Assembly (NCBI GenBank): GCA_041615815.1
Contig: JBFJCP010000009.1
Coordinates: forward strand, 32,001 to 96,000
DNA length: 64,000 nucleotides
Direction of reading: 5' to 3'
DNA from: Gemmatimonadales bacterium
Lineage (GTDB): Bacteria; Gemmatimonadota; Gemmatimonadetes; Gemmatimonadales; GWC2-71-9
Shown: in pieces, positions 1 to 10,090 of the stretch
How the letters are laid out: each line of letters begins with the position of its first letter
How positions within the stretch are numbered: the stretch's first letter is position 1
Made by a program: the position numbers and the translations under genes
Notes under the pieces: generated by a model
What the model was told of the DNA's origin: nothing
Seen by the model: only the letters and a program-made list of their open reading frames with translations
Database searches by the model: none

Positions 1-108
1 GACGCGATGGAAAAGGACGACCATGGCCTTTTTGCGAAAGAACAACCGGTACACCCCCGTCCAATAGACGAGCATGCCCGCGATTGCCTTGACCTTCCGC
101 TTGAACAC
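1..108 (-). CDS. Polysaccharide deacetylase family protein, N-terminal fragment (runs off window edge)
   Basis: Manual translation from GTG at 108 gives MFKRKVKAIAGMLVYWTGVYRLFFRKKAMVVLFHRV. The 'VLFHRV' motif parallels 'VFTFHRV' in the neighbouring deacetylase. Confidence 0.6.
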   Translation of the reverse strand, partial: MFKRKVKAIAGMLVYWTGVYRLFFRKKAMVVLFHRV

Positions 109-110
109 CG

Positions 111-1115
111 TTAATGCCCCCGTCCATTGCCGGTGGACCGGTCCCACAGTAACCGTAAGCGATCCAACGAGAGTCCGTGGACCATCATCTTCCAGGCCAA
201 GGGGTCGTGATCGCCCCCAATGTCGATCCGCTTGAGCCGATACCGGTCCGCCGGAGGAAAGTTCTCACCGCCAAAGTTCGAGAAGCATGCGACGTATCCG
301 AGCTCTTTGGCGGTACGGATGTTGTCGTCTGTGTAGTCCCGCGTGCCCCCAAACGGGAACGCCATCGGAATCTCGTCACGCCCCAACCAGGCCTGCAACG
401 TCCGCAGGGGTTTCTCCAGCTCCGCGTGAGCCTCCGATTGCTGGCAGGCAGAGAGCCGGGCGTGGGTCTCGCTATGCGCCCCGACGGTCCAACCCGTCAT
501 GCAGAGTCGTTGCACTTCATTCCACCCCATGACCTCCAGGGAGGCCCGTGCCGGATTCGTCTCGTCGTGGACGAATCGCTCGTCGGTTCCCACGAGCCCC
601 GTGGTGACGAAGCAGGAGCCAGCCACACCGCGCTCCGTCATGATCGGGAAGGCATGCTCGAAGACGCTGCGGTAGCCGTCATCGAAGGTGATCACTGCCA
701 CTGGGCGCTCCAGACGGATTCTACTCTCGAGCAGCTCCAGAGCCTCTTCGAGCGTCACCACCTGATGCGTCTCGAGCAGATAATCGAGCTGACGCCCGAA
801 CAGCTCGGTGTTCACCGTCATCCCGTCGCGACACACATCGGTCACCCGATGAAAGGTGAACACCCGGACCGGGTGGCGCTTGCGAACAGTGCGCAGCGCA
901 TCCCGCACCGGCCGCCACGCATACAGCAGGAATGCCCGGGCAATCTGGCGAACCAGGTGCCTCACTCCGGGCCGCGTCGCAGCCGTGCCCCGATTGTTGT
1001 TGCTGCAAGGCGCCACTCGGCGTACCTGTTGCACCGTCGCGTCGGTCGTCACTCCGGACTCCTTCCTCGACGTGTCAGCCCCAGCTGGAGCCGACGGGGG
1101 TTTTGGATCGCGCAT
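111..1115 (-). CDS. Polysaccharide deacetylase (CE4/NodB-like)
   Basis: Motifs TFDDGY, HSETH, AFPFG. True start may be downstream of 1115. Confidence 0.9.
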   Translation of the reverse strand: MRDPKPPSAPAGADTSRKESGVTTDATVQQVRRVAPCSNNNRGTAATRPGVRHLVRQIARAFLLYAWRPVRDALRTVRKRHPVRVFTFHRVTDVCRDGMTVNTELFGRQLDYLLETHQVVTLEEALELLESRIRLERPVAVITFDDGYRSVFEHAFPIMTERGVAGSCFVTTGLVGTDERFVHDETNPARASLEVMGWNEVQRLCMTGWTVGAHSETHARLSACQQSEAHAELEKPLRTLQAWLGRDEIPMAFPFGGTRDYTDDNIRTAKELGYVACFSNFGGENFPPADRYRLKRIDIGGDHDPLAWKMMVHGLSLDRLRLLWDRSTGNGRGH

Positions 1116-1118
1116 CCC

Positions 1119-2333
1119 TCAGGCCGATGCAGCCGCGCGCCCCGCCATCCCCCGAGGGTTTGCTGGGGGATCGAGCAGCGAACGGTACAGATCCTGATAA
1201 CGGGCTCCCACCCGTCCAATGTCAAAGTCGGCCACGCAGCGCTCCCGGCCAGCCCGACCCATGGCTCGGCGAAGCTCTCGGTCCCGGAGTAACCGCACCA
1301 CCCGTTCCACGAAGCTGGGAACGTCCTTCGGCGGGACCAGAAAACCCGTCACACCGTCCACGACGACTTCGCGGTTCCCCCCGACATCCGTCGCGACCAC
1401 CGGGAGACCATGACCGAGTGACTCCAGGAGGGTGATGGAGAGACCTTCCGACAGCGACGTGAGCACCGAAATGTCCATCGCGTCGTAGTAGCGACTGATC
1501 TCCTGCTGGTGACCGGCGAACCGCATCCAAGCGCTCACGCCCCGGTCCTCCGCAAGACGCTCGAATTCTTCTCGATATCTGCCCCCACCCAAGATCAAGA
1601 ACCGGGCCGACGGTACCTGTTCGCGAATGGCCGGCGCTGCTTCGATAAAATACTCGACACCCTTGATCCGCCGATTGAGATTGGAGACCATCCCCACGAT
1701 GAGCTCCTCCGACCCGAATCCCAGTTCCTGCCGCACGCCCGCCGCTGAGCCTCCCGGCGCCACCGTCTCAACACCGTTTCGAATGGTCAGCGCTCGCTCG
1801 GGTGAAAGGCCCTCGCGCTCCTCAACCACCCGCCGCACGGCATCCGCCACGCAGACAACCCGGTCCGGCACGTGCCGCGTGGCTCGTAGCAACCGGTACT
1901 CGGCCCGGCCCCAGCTGAATCCCAGATCTTCTCGATTCTCCACCAGATGCTCGATCGCGCCCAACCGCTTGAGGATCCGCCCATAAACAACGGGCCAAAA
2001 GAAGTACGTATGCACCACGTCGGGCACAAACCGCCGCACCGCGCGCCGCACCCGCCAGAGGGCGCGCAGCTGGGCAAGGGGGAAATGATGCAACAGCCCA
2101 CCCGCCGGCACGAACTCGACGGGGTACTCCGGGAGCGGCACGTTGTACCGACGCCCGAAGCATAACAATTCCGCTCGAACCAACGCGGAATCCCAGCGAC
2201 CCAGCATCTTGACCAGATGCGCGCCGGTACCGCCGCCGAGATCCTCGGTGACGAAGAGGACCTTGATGGAATCCGAAGCGGGCGCTGACGATCGGCGGGT
2301 CGATGGCATCACGGCTGGTACCCGGGACATCAC
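1119..2333 (-). CDS. Glycosyltransferase family 4 (GT-B)
   Basis: GGG near N-terminus, KGVEYFIEA, EGLSITLLESL (Ex7E), PVVATDVGG. Confidence 0.92.
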   Translation of the reverse strand: MMSRVPAVMPSTRRSSAPASDSIKVLFVTEDLGGGTGAHLVKMLGRWDSALVRAELLCFGRRYNVPLPEYPVEFVPAGGLLHHFPLAQLRALWRVRRAVRRFVPDVVHTYFFWPVVYGRILKRLGAIEHLVENREDLGFSWGRAEYRLLRATRHVPDRVVCVADAVRRVVEEREGLSPERALTIRNGVETVAPGGSAAGVRQELGFGSEELIVGMVSNLNRRIKGVEYFIEAAPAIREQVPSARFLILGGGRYREEFERLAEDRGVSAWMRFAGHQQEISRYYDAMDISVLTSLSEGLSITLLESLGHGLPVVATDVGGNREVVVDGVTGFLVPPKDVPSFVERVVRLLRDRELRRAMGRAGRERCVADFDIGRVGARYQDLYRSLLDPPANPRGMAGRAAASA

Positions 2334-2556
2334 GGGTCGGCGGTTGCAAGGGACGTACCCCGCGCGACCTCAGTCAGACGGGGGTTGTTGGATCAAAGCA
2401 ACACGCAATCCCCGCTTTCGGAAGGGTCTCGCCAGCCAGTTACGCGTTCACGCACCTTGCCACGCGGACCCTGGAGCGCCTACCCCTAGCACGTGTCTTG
2501 CTGTCGTATCAACGGATCGTTCGGACCGATGTCAACACTCAACCGAGTGCCGTCTC

Positions 2557-3969
2557 ATGACCCAACCGAAGCTGATTCTCCTCGAGTTCAACGAGCTCAC
2601 ACCCAAGCTGTTGGACCGATTCATTGCGCAGGGAGCGCTCCCCAACTTCAAGCGCTTCTTCGACCAGGCCCATGTCTACACAACCGACGCCGAGGAGTCT
2701 GGTGAGCGTCTCAACCCCTGGATCCAATGGGTCACCGTGCATAGCGGGCTCTCGTACGACGAGCACGGCGTGTTCCATCTCAACGAAGGACACAAACTCA
2801 CGGAGCCGTGCATCTGGGACGTATGCTCAGCCAACGGACAGCGGGTCTGGGTGTGTGGCAGCATGAACGTCCGCTACGACACGCCACTCAACGGGTATGT
2901 GCTGCCGGATCCGTGGACGGTCAACATGGAGCCGTACCCCAAAGGCGAAGGACTCGAGGACTACTACCGTTTCGTCCAGACCCAGGTTCAGGAACACACG
3001 AACGACCGGGTCCCACTCTCCAAGGGCGATTACGCACGGTTCCTGAAGTTCATGGTTCAGCACGGTCTCTCGGTCCACACAACGTCTGCGATCGTTCGCC
3101 AATTGGCCGCCGAGCGTTTGAAAGGCGACGGCAAGTGGAAACGAGCCGTGATTCTCGACAAGCTGCAGTACGACGTGTTCCGCTCCCTCTACCGGAAGTG
3201 TCAGCCCCACTTCTCCACCTTCTTCTTGAACAGCACCGCGCACATGCAGCACGCCTACTGGCGACACATGGAGCCCGATCCCTTCCAGGTCAAACCCTCC
3301 ACCAAAGAGCAGATGACATATGGCGATGCGGTGCTCTTTGGCTATCGGGAGATGGACACATTGGTAGGGAAGTTTCTCGATCTGGCTGGAGCCGATACCA
3401 CGCTGGTCTTCTCGACCGCGCTGTCGCAGCAGCCGTGCCTCACCTACGAGGAGGCGGGCGGCAAACGCTTCTATCGCCCCAAGGACTTCGATGCGGTCGT
3501 CCGGTTCACTGGCGTGGAGGAGCACCTCCGGTGCTCACCGGTCATGTCTGAGCAGTTCCACGTGTACTTCGGGTCGGCTGAGGCCGCGGACGCCGCCGAG
3601 CCGCACCTTCGCGCCTTGAAGGTGAACGGCAGACCTCTCCTCCGCGTGGACCGCGAGGAGCCCACGGCCATTTTCTCCGGTGCCAGCATCTTCGACGAGT
3701 TACCGGCCGACTCTGTGCTGACCTCCGGGACGGGCGCCGAAGCGCCGTTCTTCGACCTCTTCTATCAGGCCGACACCTTGAAAAGCGGCATGCACCACCC
3801 CGATGGTGCCCTCTGGATCCGAACCCCCGCTCGGCAGCACCGCGTGCACCCGGACCGAGTGAGCCTTCGAACGGTGGCGCCGACCATTCTCATGTTGATG
3901 GACCTCAAGCCGCCCGATTCCATGTCGGCGGAGCCGCTGGAGATCGCGCTCGAACCGGTGGCGGCCTAA
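2557..3969 (+). CDS. Alkaline phosphatase superfamily / nucleotide pyrophosphatase-like protein associated with a polysaccharide locus
   Basis: Protein-like sequence starts at ATG 2557 (MTQPKLILLEFNEL). Motifs PWIQWVTVHSG, HMQHAYW, SGMHHPDG and VAPTIL resemble type I phosphodiesterase-family proteins. Confidence 0.6.
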   Translation: MTQPKLILLEFNELTPKLLDRFIAQGALPNFKRFFDQAHVYTTDAEESGERLNPWIQWVTVHSGLSYDEHGVFHLNEGHKLTEPCIWDVCSANGQRVWVCGSMNVRYDTPLNGYVLPDPWTVNMEPYPKGEGLEDYYRFVQTQVQEHTNDRVPLSKGDYARFLKFMVQHGLSVHTTSAIVRQLAAERLKGDGKWKRAVILDKLQYDVFRSLYRKCQPHFSTFFLNSTAHMQHAYWRHMEPDPFQVKPSTKEQMTYGDAVLFGYREMDTLVGKFLDLAGADTTLVFSTALSQQPCLTYEEAGGKRFYRPKDFDAVVRFTGVEEHLRCSPVMSEQFHVYFGSAEAADAAEPHLRALKVNGRPLLRVDREEPTAIFSGASIFDELPADSVLTSGTGAEAPFFDLFYQADTLKSGMHHPDGALWIRTPARQHRVHPDRVSLRTVAPTILMLMDLKPPDSMSAEPLEIALEPVAA

Positions 3970-5345
3970 GCGTGGGGGAGAGGCTCAGCCTCTCCCTTGT
4001 CGCTCCGGGCTTGTGCTTTGAGCGTCGCCCACCAGGTCAGCCGTTTCGCCACCTCGCGTTCGAAGCCCACATCCGCGGGGTCATACCACCGAACACCGCG
4101 CAACACGTCTGGTAGGTACTCCTGGCCGGCCGCAAACGTTTCGTCTTCCGCGTGGTCGTACCGATAGCCTGCACCGTAGCCGAGACGTCTCATCAACGAG
4201 GTGGGGGCGTTGCGGATGTGCATCGGGACTCCCTCACCGGGATGCTCCGCCGCCGCCTCGAGCGCCCTGCCCCACGCTTGGTAGACGCGATTCGATTTGG
4301 GCGCCGTGGCCAGGTACACCGCCGCCTCCGCAATCGCCAGCTCCCCTTCCGGGGACCCCAAGAAATGATAGGCCTCCTTCGCCGCAATCGTGATGGACAG
4401 GGCACGAGGATCGGCGAGCCCCACGTCTTCCACGGCGATACGAATCAGGCGTCGAGCGAGGTAGAGCGGATCCTCCCCAGCGCTCACCATTCGAGCGATC
4501 CAGTACAGCGCGCCTTCCACATCCGAACCGCGAATCGCTTTGTGCACGGCGGAGATCAGGTTGTAATGCTCGTCACCGGCCTTGTCGTACCGCGGAAGAC
4601 GGCGAGCGAGCACCGCCTCCACCGTCTCTGGTGCCACGGCGGACGGCGACGAGCCTGGTTGACGGGTGACGTGATCGAGTAGTGCCTCGACGGCGTTGAG
4701 GATCCGGCGGGCATCACCATCCGCGTGTCGTACCAAAAGCTCGATGGCACCAGTGGCGAGACCGCGGGGCGGCGCGGACCCTTGGCGCCCCGCATGCCAC
4801 ATCCGAATGCCACGCTCGACGATCTCCCGCAGGTTCTCCTCATTCAATGGCTCCAGCACGAATACCTGCAACCGAGATAACAGCGCCCCCGTCAGCTCGA
4901 AGCTCGGGTTCTGGGTGGTCGCCCCAATGAGCGTAATGGTTCCTTGCTCCACCCACGGCAGAAACGCATCCTGTTGTGCCCTGTTGAACCGATGAATCTC
5001 GTCGCAGAAGAGGATCGTGCCGCGCCCTTCATATCGCCGTCGCGCTTCCGCCTCACGAATGATCTCCCGTACCCGCGGAACCCCCTCGGTCACCGCGCTA
5101 AACGGCTCGAACTGTCGATCCGTATAATTGGCTATCAGGCGGGCCAGGGTCGTCTTTCCCGAGCCTGGTGGCCCCCAAAAGACCATGCTGCCAACCTCAC
5201 CGCTCCGTATCGCCTCACGCAGTGGTTTTCCCTCTCCCAGGAGTTGCTCTTGTCCGAGAAACTCCTCGAGCGAGCGGGGACGGAGGCGCGATGCCAGAGG
5301 CTCGTGCGCATGGCCTTCGGGTTCAAATAGGGTTGGTTCGGACAT
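3966..5345 (-). CDS. rarA: Replication-associated recombination protein A (AAA+ ATPase, MgsA/RarA)
   Basis: PLASRLRP, GPPGSGKTT, DEIHRFNRAQQD, YNLISAVHKAIRGSD, APKSN. Confidence 0.97.
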   Translation of the reverse strand: MSEPTLFEPEGHAHEPLASRLRPRSLEEFLGQEQLLGEGKPLREAIRSGEVGSMVFWGPPGSGKTTLARLIANYTDRQFEPFSAVTEGVPRVREIIREAEARRRYEGRGTILFCDEIHRFNRAQQDAFLPWVEQGTITLIGATTQNPSFELTGALLSRLQVFVLEPLNEENLREIVERGIRMWHAGRQGSAPPRGLATGAIELLVRHADGDARRILNAVEALLDHVTRQPGSSPSAVAPETVEAVLARRLPRYDKAGDEHYNLISAVHKAIRGSDVEGALYWIARMVSAGEDPLYLARRLIRIAVEDVGLADPRALSITIAAKEAYHFLGSPEGELAIAEAAVYLATAPKSNRVYQAWGRALEAAAEHPGEGVPMHIRNAPTSLMRRLGYGAGYRYDHAEDETFAAGQEYLPDVLRGVRWYDPADVGFEREVAKRLTWWATLKAQARSDKGEAEPLPHA

Positions 5346-5366
5346 AGGTGATGCCGCCAGCGACGC

Positions 5367-6086
5367 CTAGATCCCGGTCATCTGTAGGAGTTGTCTGGCC
5401 GCGAAGAAAGCGGCCGCGCCAGCAAAGAAAGCCATCGGCAGCCGCCAACCACTCTTTCCCTGGAATTCCGGGACCAGGTTGGAGGCTCCCACGTAGATCG
5501 TGACGCCCGCTGCGAGTGCCAGGCCGTGCACGGCGAGAAACTCAACCACGTTCGTCGCCAGCACGCCGGCAATCGTGGCCATACCCAAAAGTGCCGCGCT
5601 TGCCACCGCGCTTCGTGCCCGAACCCCGCTCGCCATCTGTAAGCTCGAGATAGTGACACCCTCCGGCAGCTTGTGGAGGAAGATCGCCAGAAAGAGGAGG
5701 AGACCGAGTTCTTGACTCACCGCGAACCCACTCACGATGGCAACCCCATCGAAGAAGGTGTGGAGCAACAGACCAATCAATGCCGATACACCCGCCACTT
5801 TCCGGACTTTGTGCGTCTCTTCTCCGAAATGGAAATGCTCTGTGGCCGTGTGTTGGGTCAGATGCACCAGGAGGTATCCGGCCAGGACAAACATGGCCGC
5901 CGAGCTTCCCCCGCGTGCAAACGCCTCAGGGAGCACCTCCACAAAGGCTACGGAGAGCATGAACCCTGCGCCAAATGCCACGAATCCCGAGATGATGGCG
6001 AGCCCCAACCGGGCGCCGCGGGCGACGACGATTCCACCCGCGACGTTCCCCATCGCCGCTAGTACGGCGTACACCAGCGGGGTCAC
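5367..6086 (-). CDS. ZIP family divalent metal transporter
   Basis: Multiple TM helices, His-rich loop HFHFGEETH, LHTFFDG and HKLPEG metal-site motifs. Confidence 0.9.
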   Translation of the reverse strand: MTPLVYAVLAAMGNVAGGIVVARGARLGLAIISGFVAFGAGFMLSVAFVEVLPEAFARGGSSAAMFVLAGYLLVHLTQHTATEHFHFGEETHKVRKVAGVSALIGLLLHTFFDGVAIVSGFAVSQELGLLLFLAIFLHKLPEGVTISSLQMASGVRARSAVASAALLGMATIAGVLATNVVEFLAVHGLALAAGVTIYVGASNLVPEFQGKSGWRLPMAFFAGAAAFFAARQLLQMTGI

Positions 6087-7315
6087 TCCCGCTGCTCCGT
6101 TGCGTTTCGTGCAGGCCGCTCGGACGTTGAGGGTACCTGGTGCCGCACGCGTTCCATGAGCGACGAGCGCTCGTTCAACTCGGGGCGCTCGAGGACGACG
6201 TGGAGGAGATCTTGTAGCAACTGACCCACAATGGGGCCTTCAGGGACCCCCGCCGCAATGAGGTCGCGCCCGTTCACGGCCAAGTCCCCAACGGCCAGCG
6301 CTGCCCCGGACGCCCGAACGCGCGCTACCGTGTTCGCCAAGTCCTCGTTCCCACGTTCCGCGGTGGCGATGGCCAGAAGGTCATCAGCCGCAGGCCCCAC
6401 GGCAGCGAGCCACCGTCTCACCGCGACCTCGTCAGCGGCCGGTGGCACCGCTCCACGCCCGTGCGCAATGCGTCGGCCGCGCTCGATCTCCGCGTTGGAG
6501 CACTTGAGACGGCGGAGGCTCGCCTCTGGATCCTGGGAAAGAAAGCTCGTGATGAGCACGGGATCCGCCTCGGGGAACCGATCGATGGCGGCGATCTCCT
6601 GCGTGGACGACGCGATGTCCGGAAGCCACAAGGCCGCTGCACCGATCTCAACCCACGACGTCACCAGCGCCGACGGCTGCCGAGCGGATTCCAACCCCTT
6701 GAACCACTCGTCTCGAACGCGTTCCGCCGACAGATGCTGGAGACCGGGAACGGCCGTTTGGGCTGCGGTCCAGGTTTCCGGCGCGATGGCAAACCCGAAG
6801 CGAACGGCGAAGCGCAGCGCGCGCAGAATACGGAGATAGTCCTCACGGAAGCGAAGCGTGGGATCGCCCACCGCCCGGACGAGCTGTCGCGTGAGATCAC
6901 CCGCGCCGTCGAACGGATCGCGCCATTCGTGACGCAAGGGGTGATACGCGATGGCGTTGATCGTGAAATCGCGTCGGGCGAGATCCTCGTCGAGGCTGAC
7001 GCCGAATTCCACCTGTGCATGTCGACCATCCGTCTTGACGTCTCGGCGAAACGTCGTCACTTCATGGGGGCGCCCGTGCGAGTCGAGCACCGCCACCGTT
7101 CCGTGCTCCACCCCCACCGGAATCGATCGGTGGAAGAGCTTGCGAATGGCGTCCGGCGGTGCACCGGTTGCCAGATCGAAGTCCTTATTCGGGTAACCCA
7201 GCAGGTTGTCCCGGATTGCCCCGCCCACGCACCAAGCCTCGAACCCGGCAGTCTCGAGCCGTTGCGCAATACGGACGACCTCGTCGGGTATGTCCAGTCG
7301 CGGTGGAAAGTGCAC
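6083..7315 (-). CDS. cca: CCA tRNA nucleotidyltransferase (class II)
   Basis: VGGAIRD..DFDLAT, DLARRDFTINA, EDYLRILRALRF, SAERVRDE. Start set at GTG 7315. Confidence 0.92.
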   Translation of the reverse strand: MHFPPRLDIPDEVVRIAQRLETAGFEAWCVGGAIRDNLLGYPNKDFDLATGAPPDAIRKLFHRSIPVGVEHGTVAVLDSHGRPHEVTTFRRDVKTDGRHAQVEFGVSLDEDLARRDFTINAIAYHPLRHEWRDPFDGAGDLTRQLVRAVGDPTLRFREDYLRILRALRFAVRFGFAIAPETWTAAQTAVPGLQHLSAERVRDEWFKGLESARQPSALVTSWVEIGAAALWLPDIASSTQEIAAIDRFPEADPVLITSFLSQDPEASLRRLKCSNAEIERGRRIAHGRGAVPPAADEVAVRRWLAAVGPAADDLLAIATAERGNEDLANTVARVRASGAALAVGDLAVNGRDLIAAGVPEGPIVGQLLQDLLHVVLERPELNERSSLMERVRHQVPSTSERPARNATEQRE

Positions 7316-7350
7316 GGTCGGAAGATACCGGGTGGCGGAACGGGACGGCC

Positions 7351-8370
7351 CTACGCTGGCGCCTGGTGACACGCACCGACCGTCAACCACTCGAGGAATC
7401 GTGGAATGCCCTCCTCCAATCTAACCGTGGGTTGGTAGCCCAACAGGGCGCGAGCCTTGGTCAAATCCGCCAACGTGCGGCGCATATCGCCGCGATGCGG
7501 CGGGAGGACCTGAATCGCCGGCTCAACCCCCAGGGCATCCGCCAAGAGCTCGATGACCGTGGCGACCGACGTGGTGCAGCCACCACCCAGGTTGATGATC
7601 TCGTACGCTCTCGGTTCGGCTAACGCCCAACGCACGGCGGCTACTGTGCCGGCAGCAATGTCATCGACCCAGGTGTAGTCCCGCTCCGCTCGGCCGTCCC
7701 CGTACACGGGAATCGAACGTCCCGCGAGCAACCGCGTCGCAAACTTATGGATGACGAGATCCGGTCGTTGCCGCGGTCCATACACGCTGAAATACCGCAA
7801 TGCGACTACGGTCATCCCGTGCGCGCGGTGGTATTCGTGCCCCAAGATCTCCGCCGCGTGTTTGGTCGCGGCATAGGGCGAGCGGGGATGCCGCGGCGTC
7901 TCGTGTTCCCGAAAGGCCCGCGCGGGCCCACCACCATATACGGAAGACGACGAGCCGAGGAGGACGCGGTCGATACTCCTCCGACGGGCCAGCTCGAGGA
8001 CGGCTTGCGTGCCGACCACGTTGACGCGGGCAAACTCTGCGCGCTGCCCCACCGATGCGCGCACGCCCACCTTAGCAGCGAGATGGACGACCGCCTGGAT
8101 CGTGAGGTCGCCCAGTGCTCGATCCATGTCGCCCAGCGAGACACAATCGACTTCTCGGAACGAAAAGCCGCGTCGCCCGAGCAGGCCAACGAGATTCCGG
8201 TGCTTGAGAACCGGGGCGTAGTACGGATCGAAGTTGTCGACGCCAATGACCTCGAACCCGACGTCCACGAGCCGCTCCGCCACGTGGCTACCCACGAATC
8301 CAGCAGCCCCCGTCACGAGTACCCGTTTCCCGGCACCGTCCTTGTGAGGGTCTTCGGACCTCAGCCGCAC
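7351..8370 (-). CDS. NAD-dependent epimerase (UDP-glucuronate 4-epimerase-like)
   Basis: TGAAGFVG, HLAAKVGVR, SSSSVYG, YAATK, VYGPRQRPD. Confidence 0.88.
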   Translation of the reverse strand: MRLRSEDPHKDGAGKRVLVTGAAGFVGSHVAERLVDVGFEVIGVDNFDPYYAPVLKHRNLVGLLGRRGFSFREVDCVSLGDMDRALGDLTIQAVVHLAAKVGVRASVGQRAEFARVNVVGTQAVLELARRRSIDRVLLGSSSSVYGGGPARAFREHETPRHPRSPYAATKHAAEILGHEYHRAHGMTVVALRYFSVYGPRQRPDLVIHKFATRLLAGRSIPVYGDGRAERDYTWVDDIAAGTVAAVRWALAEPRAYEIINLGGGCTTSVATVIELLADALGVEPAIQVLPPHRGDMRRTLADLTKARALLGYQPTVRLEEGIPRFLEWLTVGACHQAPA

Positions 8371-9200
8371 AGCACGCTCCCGCCGTTCACGTTCAGGATC
8401 TCTCCCGTGATATGGCGGGCAAGTGGTGAGAGCAAAAACACGATCGGCCCGGCAACGTCTTCGGCCGTCGCAACCCGTCCCAACGGGATGGACTGCTCAA
8501 TGCGACCGCGACCCTTTCCCCCGTCCTGTCCGTACGGATCCCTAGCCATCTCCGTATCGACCCAACCCGGTGCCACCCCGTTCACCGTGACGTGGGGAGC
8601 CGCTTCCACCGCCACCGACTTCACAAACGCCATGATGGCCCCCTTGGACGCCGCATAATCCGCGTGATAGGCCTCGCCGCGTTGGCCCGCCGTGCTCGAC
8701 ACGAGGACGATCCGACCACCAGGCTGCAGCCGGCGCAGCGCCGCGCGAGTCCCGAAAAACACCGAGTCGAGATTCACGGCCAACGTCTCCCGCCACTGAG
8801 CCTCGGTCATCTCCGTGATCCCCACATCTGTGGGCGGCCAGATGCCCGCATTGGCCACGAACATGTCGAGACGCCCAAACCGCTGAACGGCTTCTTCCAC
8901 GACGCGCTCGCAATCGCTGCGCCGGGAGAGGTCGGCCTGCACGGCGCACGCCTGCCCTCCATCGCGTGCCACGGCAGCCTCCACCCGCTCGGCCTCCTGC
9001 TGTCGCACGCGATACGTGAACATTACGGCCGCGCCCATTCGCGCCAGGAGGGACGCCGTGGCGGCCCCGATCCCACGGGAGCCCCCCGTCACGAGGGCTA
9101 CCTGACCGCGCAGATCGATGAGTCCCGTCGGAGGCGTGCTAGACGACGGGCTGGCGGCCGCCTGCCGGGCATCCGAGGTGCTGTTCCCGACGTCAGCCAC
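8361..9200 (-). CDS. SDR family oxidoreductase (FabG-like)
   Basis: TGGSRGIG, NAGI, YAASKG, NVNGG. Confidence 0.9.
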   Translation of the reverse strand: MADVGNSTSDARQAAASPSSSTPPTGLIDLRGQVALVTGGSRGIGAATASLLARMGAAVMFTYRVRQQEAERVEAAVARDGGQACAVQADLSRRSDCERVVEEAVQRFGRLDMFVANAGIWPPTDVGITEMTEAQWRETLAVNLDSVFFGTRAALRRLQPGGRIVLVSSTAGQRGEAYHADYAASKGAIMAFVKSVAVEAAPHVTVNGVAPGWVDTEMARDPYGQDGGKGRGRIEQSIPLGRVATAEDVAGPIVFLLSPLARHITGEILNVNGGSVLCG

Positions 9201-9957
9201 CGACGAATCGTTTCAGGCGGTCCAACCAGCCCTCCTCCAACGGGACGGGGTCCACGGGATCCATGGGGCGGTCTTCGATCACCGCCTTCGGGTTGTCCGT
9301 CGTAAGGCGGCGTGCAGTGTCCGCAGCACCCGCTTGCGTGAGGTATTCGAACCCAGTAACGATCGCGCGCCGATCCCCGTGGTTATCCGCGGCTAGGACA
9401 TCCGCGAGTCCCGCGGCGAGCATCTGGCGCGCACGCTTGCCGCGGTCTGTGGCCTTCGTGAGCGTCGTTGCGTCCACCTGCATCCGCGCTCCCACCGATC
9501 GCCACTCGGCGATCACGTCGACCCGGCACATGCGGTATCGCTCGGGATGTGCCACCAGAGGCACCACGCCGGCCTCCACGATTTGCTCCAACACCCTCGT
9601 GGCCGCATCCGCTACGACGGTCGTGGGGAACTCCACCAGATAGTACCGCGAGCCCGCCAGCGCATATCGCCGGTCGCGCAATGCCACCGCCGGCATGGGC
9701 TCGTCGAGCATGATCTCGAAGCCCTGATGCAGTATCGGGGGATTGGGCGCCTCCGGGCCCAGAATCGCCAACGTTTCCTCCCGCTGCGCCACCATGTCGT
9801 CACCGTGCTGCACGATCTCGCTGGCCCGAAGGTGAGGGGTCAACACGACGTGCTGGACGCCGGCCTCGGCGAATCGCCGGAGGGCGGTGACGGACTGCTC
9901 GACAGATCGGGATCCGTCATCGATGTTCGGGAGCAGGTGGGAGTGCAGATCGATCAT
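9193..9957 (-). CDS. PHP-family tyrosine-protein phosphatase (CpsB/CapC/YwqE type)
   Basis: MIDLHSHLLPNIDDG, TPH, AHPERY, DNH. Confidence 0.92.
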   Translation of the reverse strand: MIDLHSHLLPNIDDGSRSVEQSVTALRRFAEAGVQHVVLTPHLRASEIVQHGDDMVAQREETLAILGPEAPNPPILHQGFEIMLDEPMPAVALRDRRYALAGSRYYLVEFPTTVVADAATRVLEQIVEAGVVPLVAHPERYRMCRVDVIAEWRSVGARMQVDATTLTKATDRGKRARQMLAAGLADVLAADNHGDRRAIVTGFEYLTQAGAADTARRLTTDNPKAVIEDRPMDPVDPVPLEEGWLDRLKRFVGG

Positions 9958-10090
9958 GTGCCCAGCCCTACTCCTTCATCCCACTGCAGAAGATGCCACC
10001 CAGCGTCGCCACTGTGTGAAAACCGGCACCGGCTCCGTCGACCGCCTCCCGTCCAACCTGTCCCTCGGACTCCCCATGGCACTGTACCGC

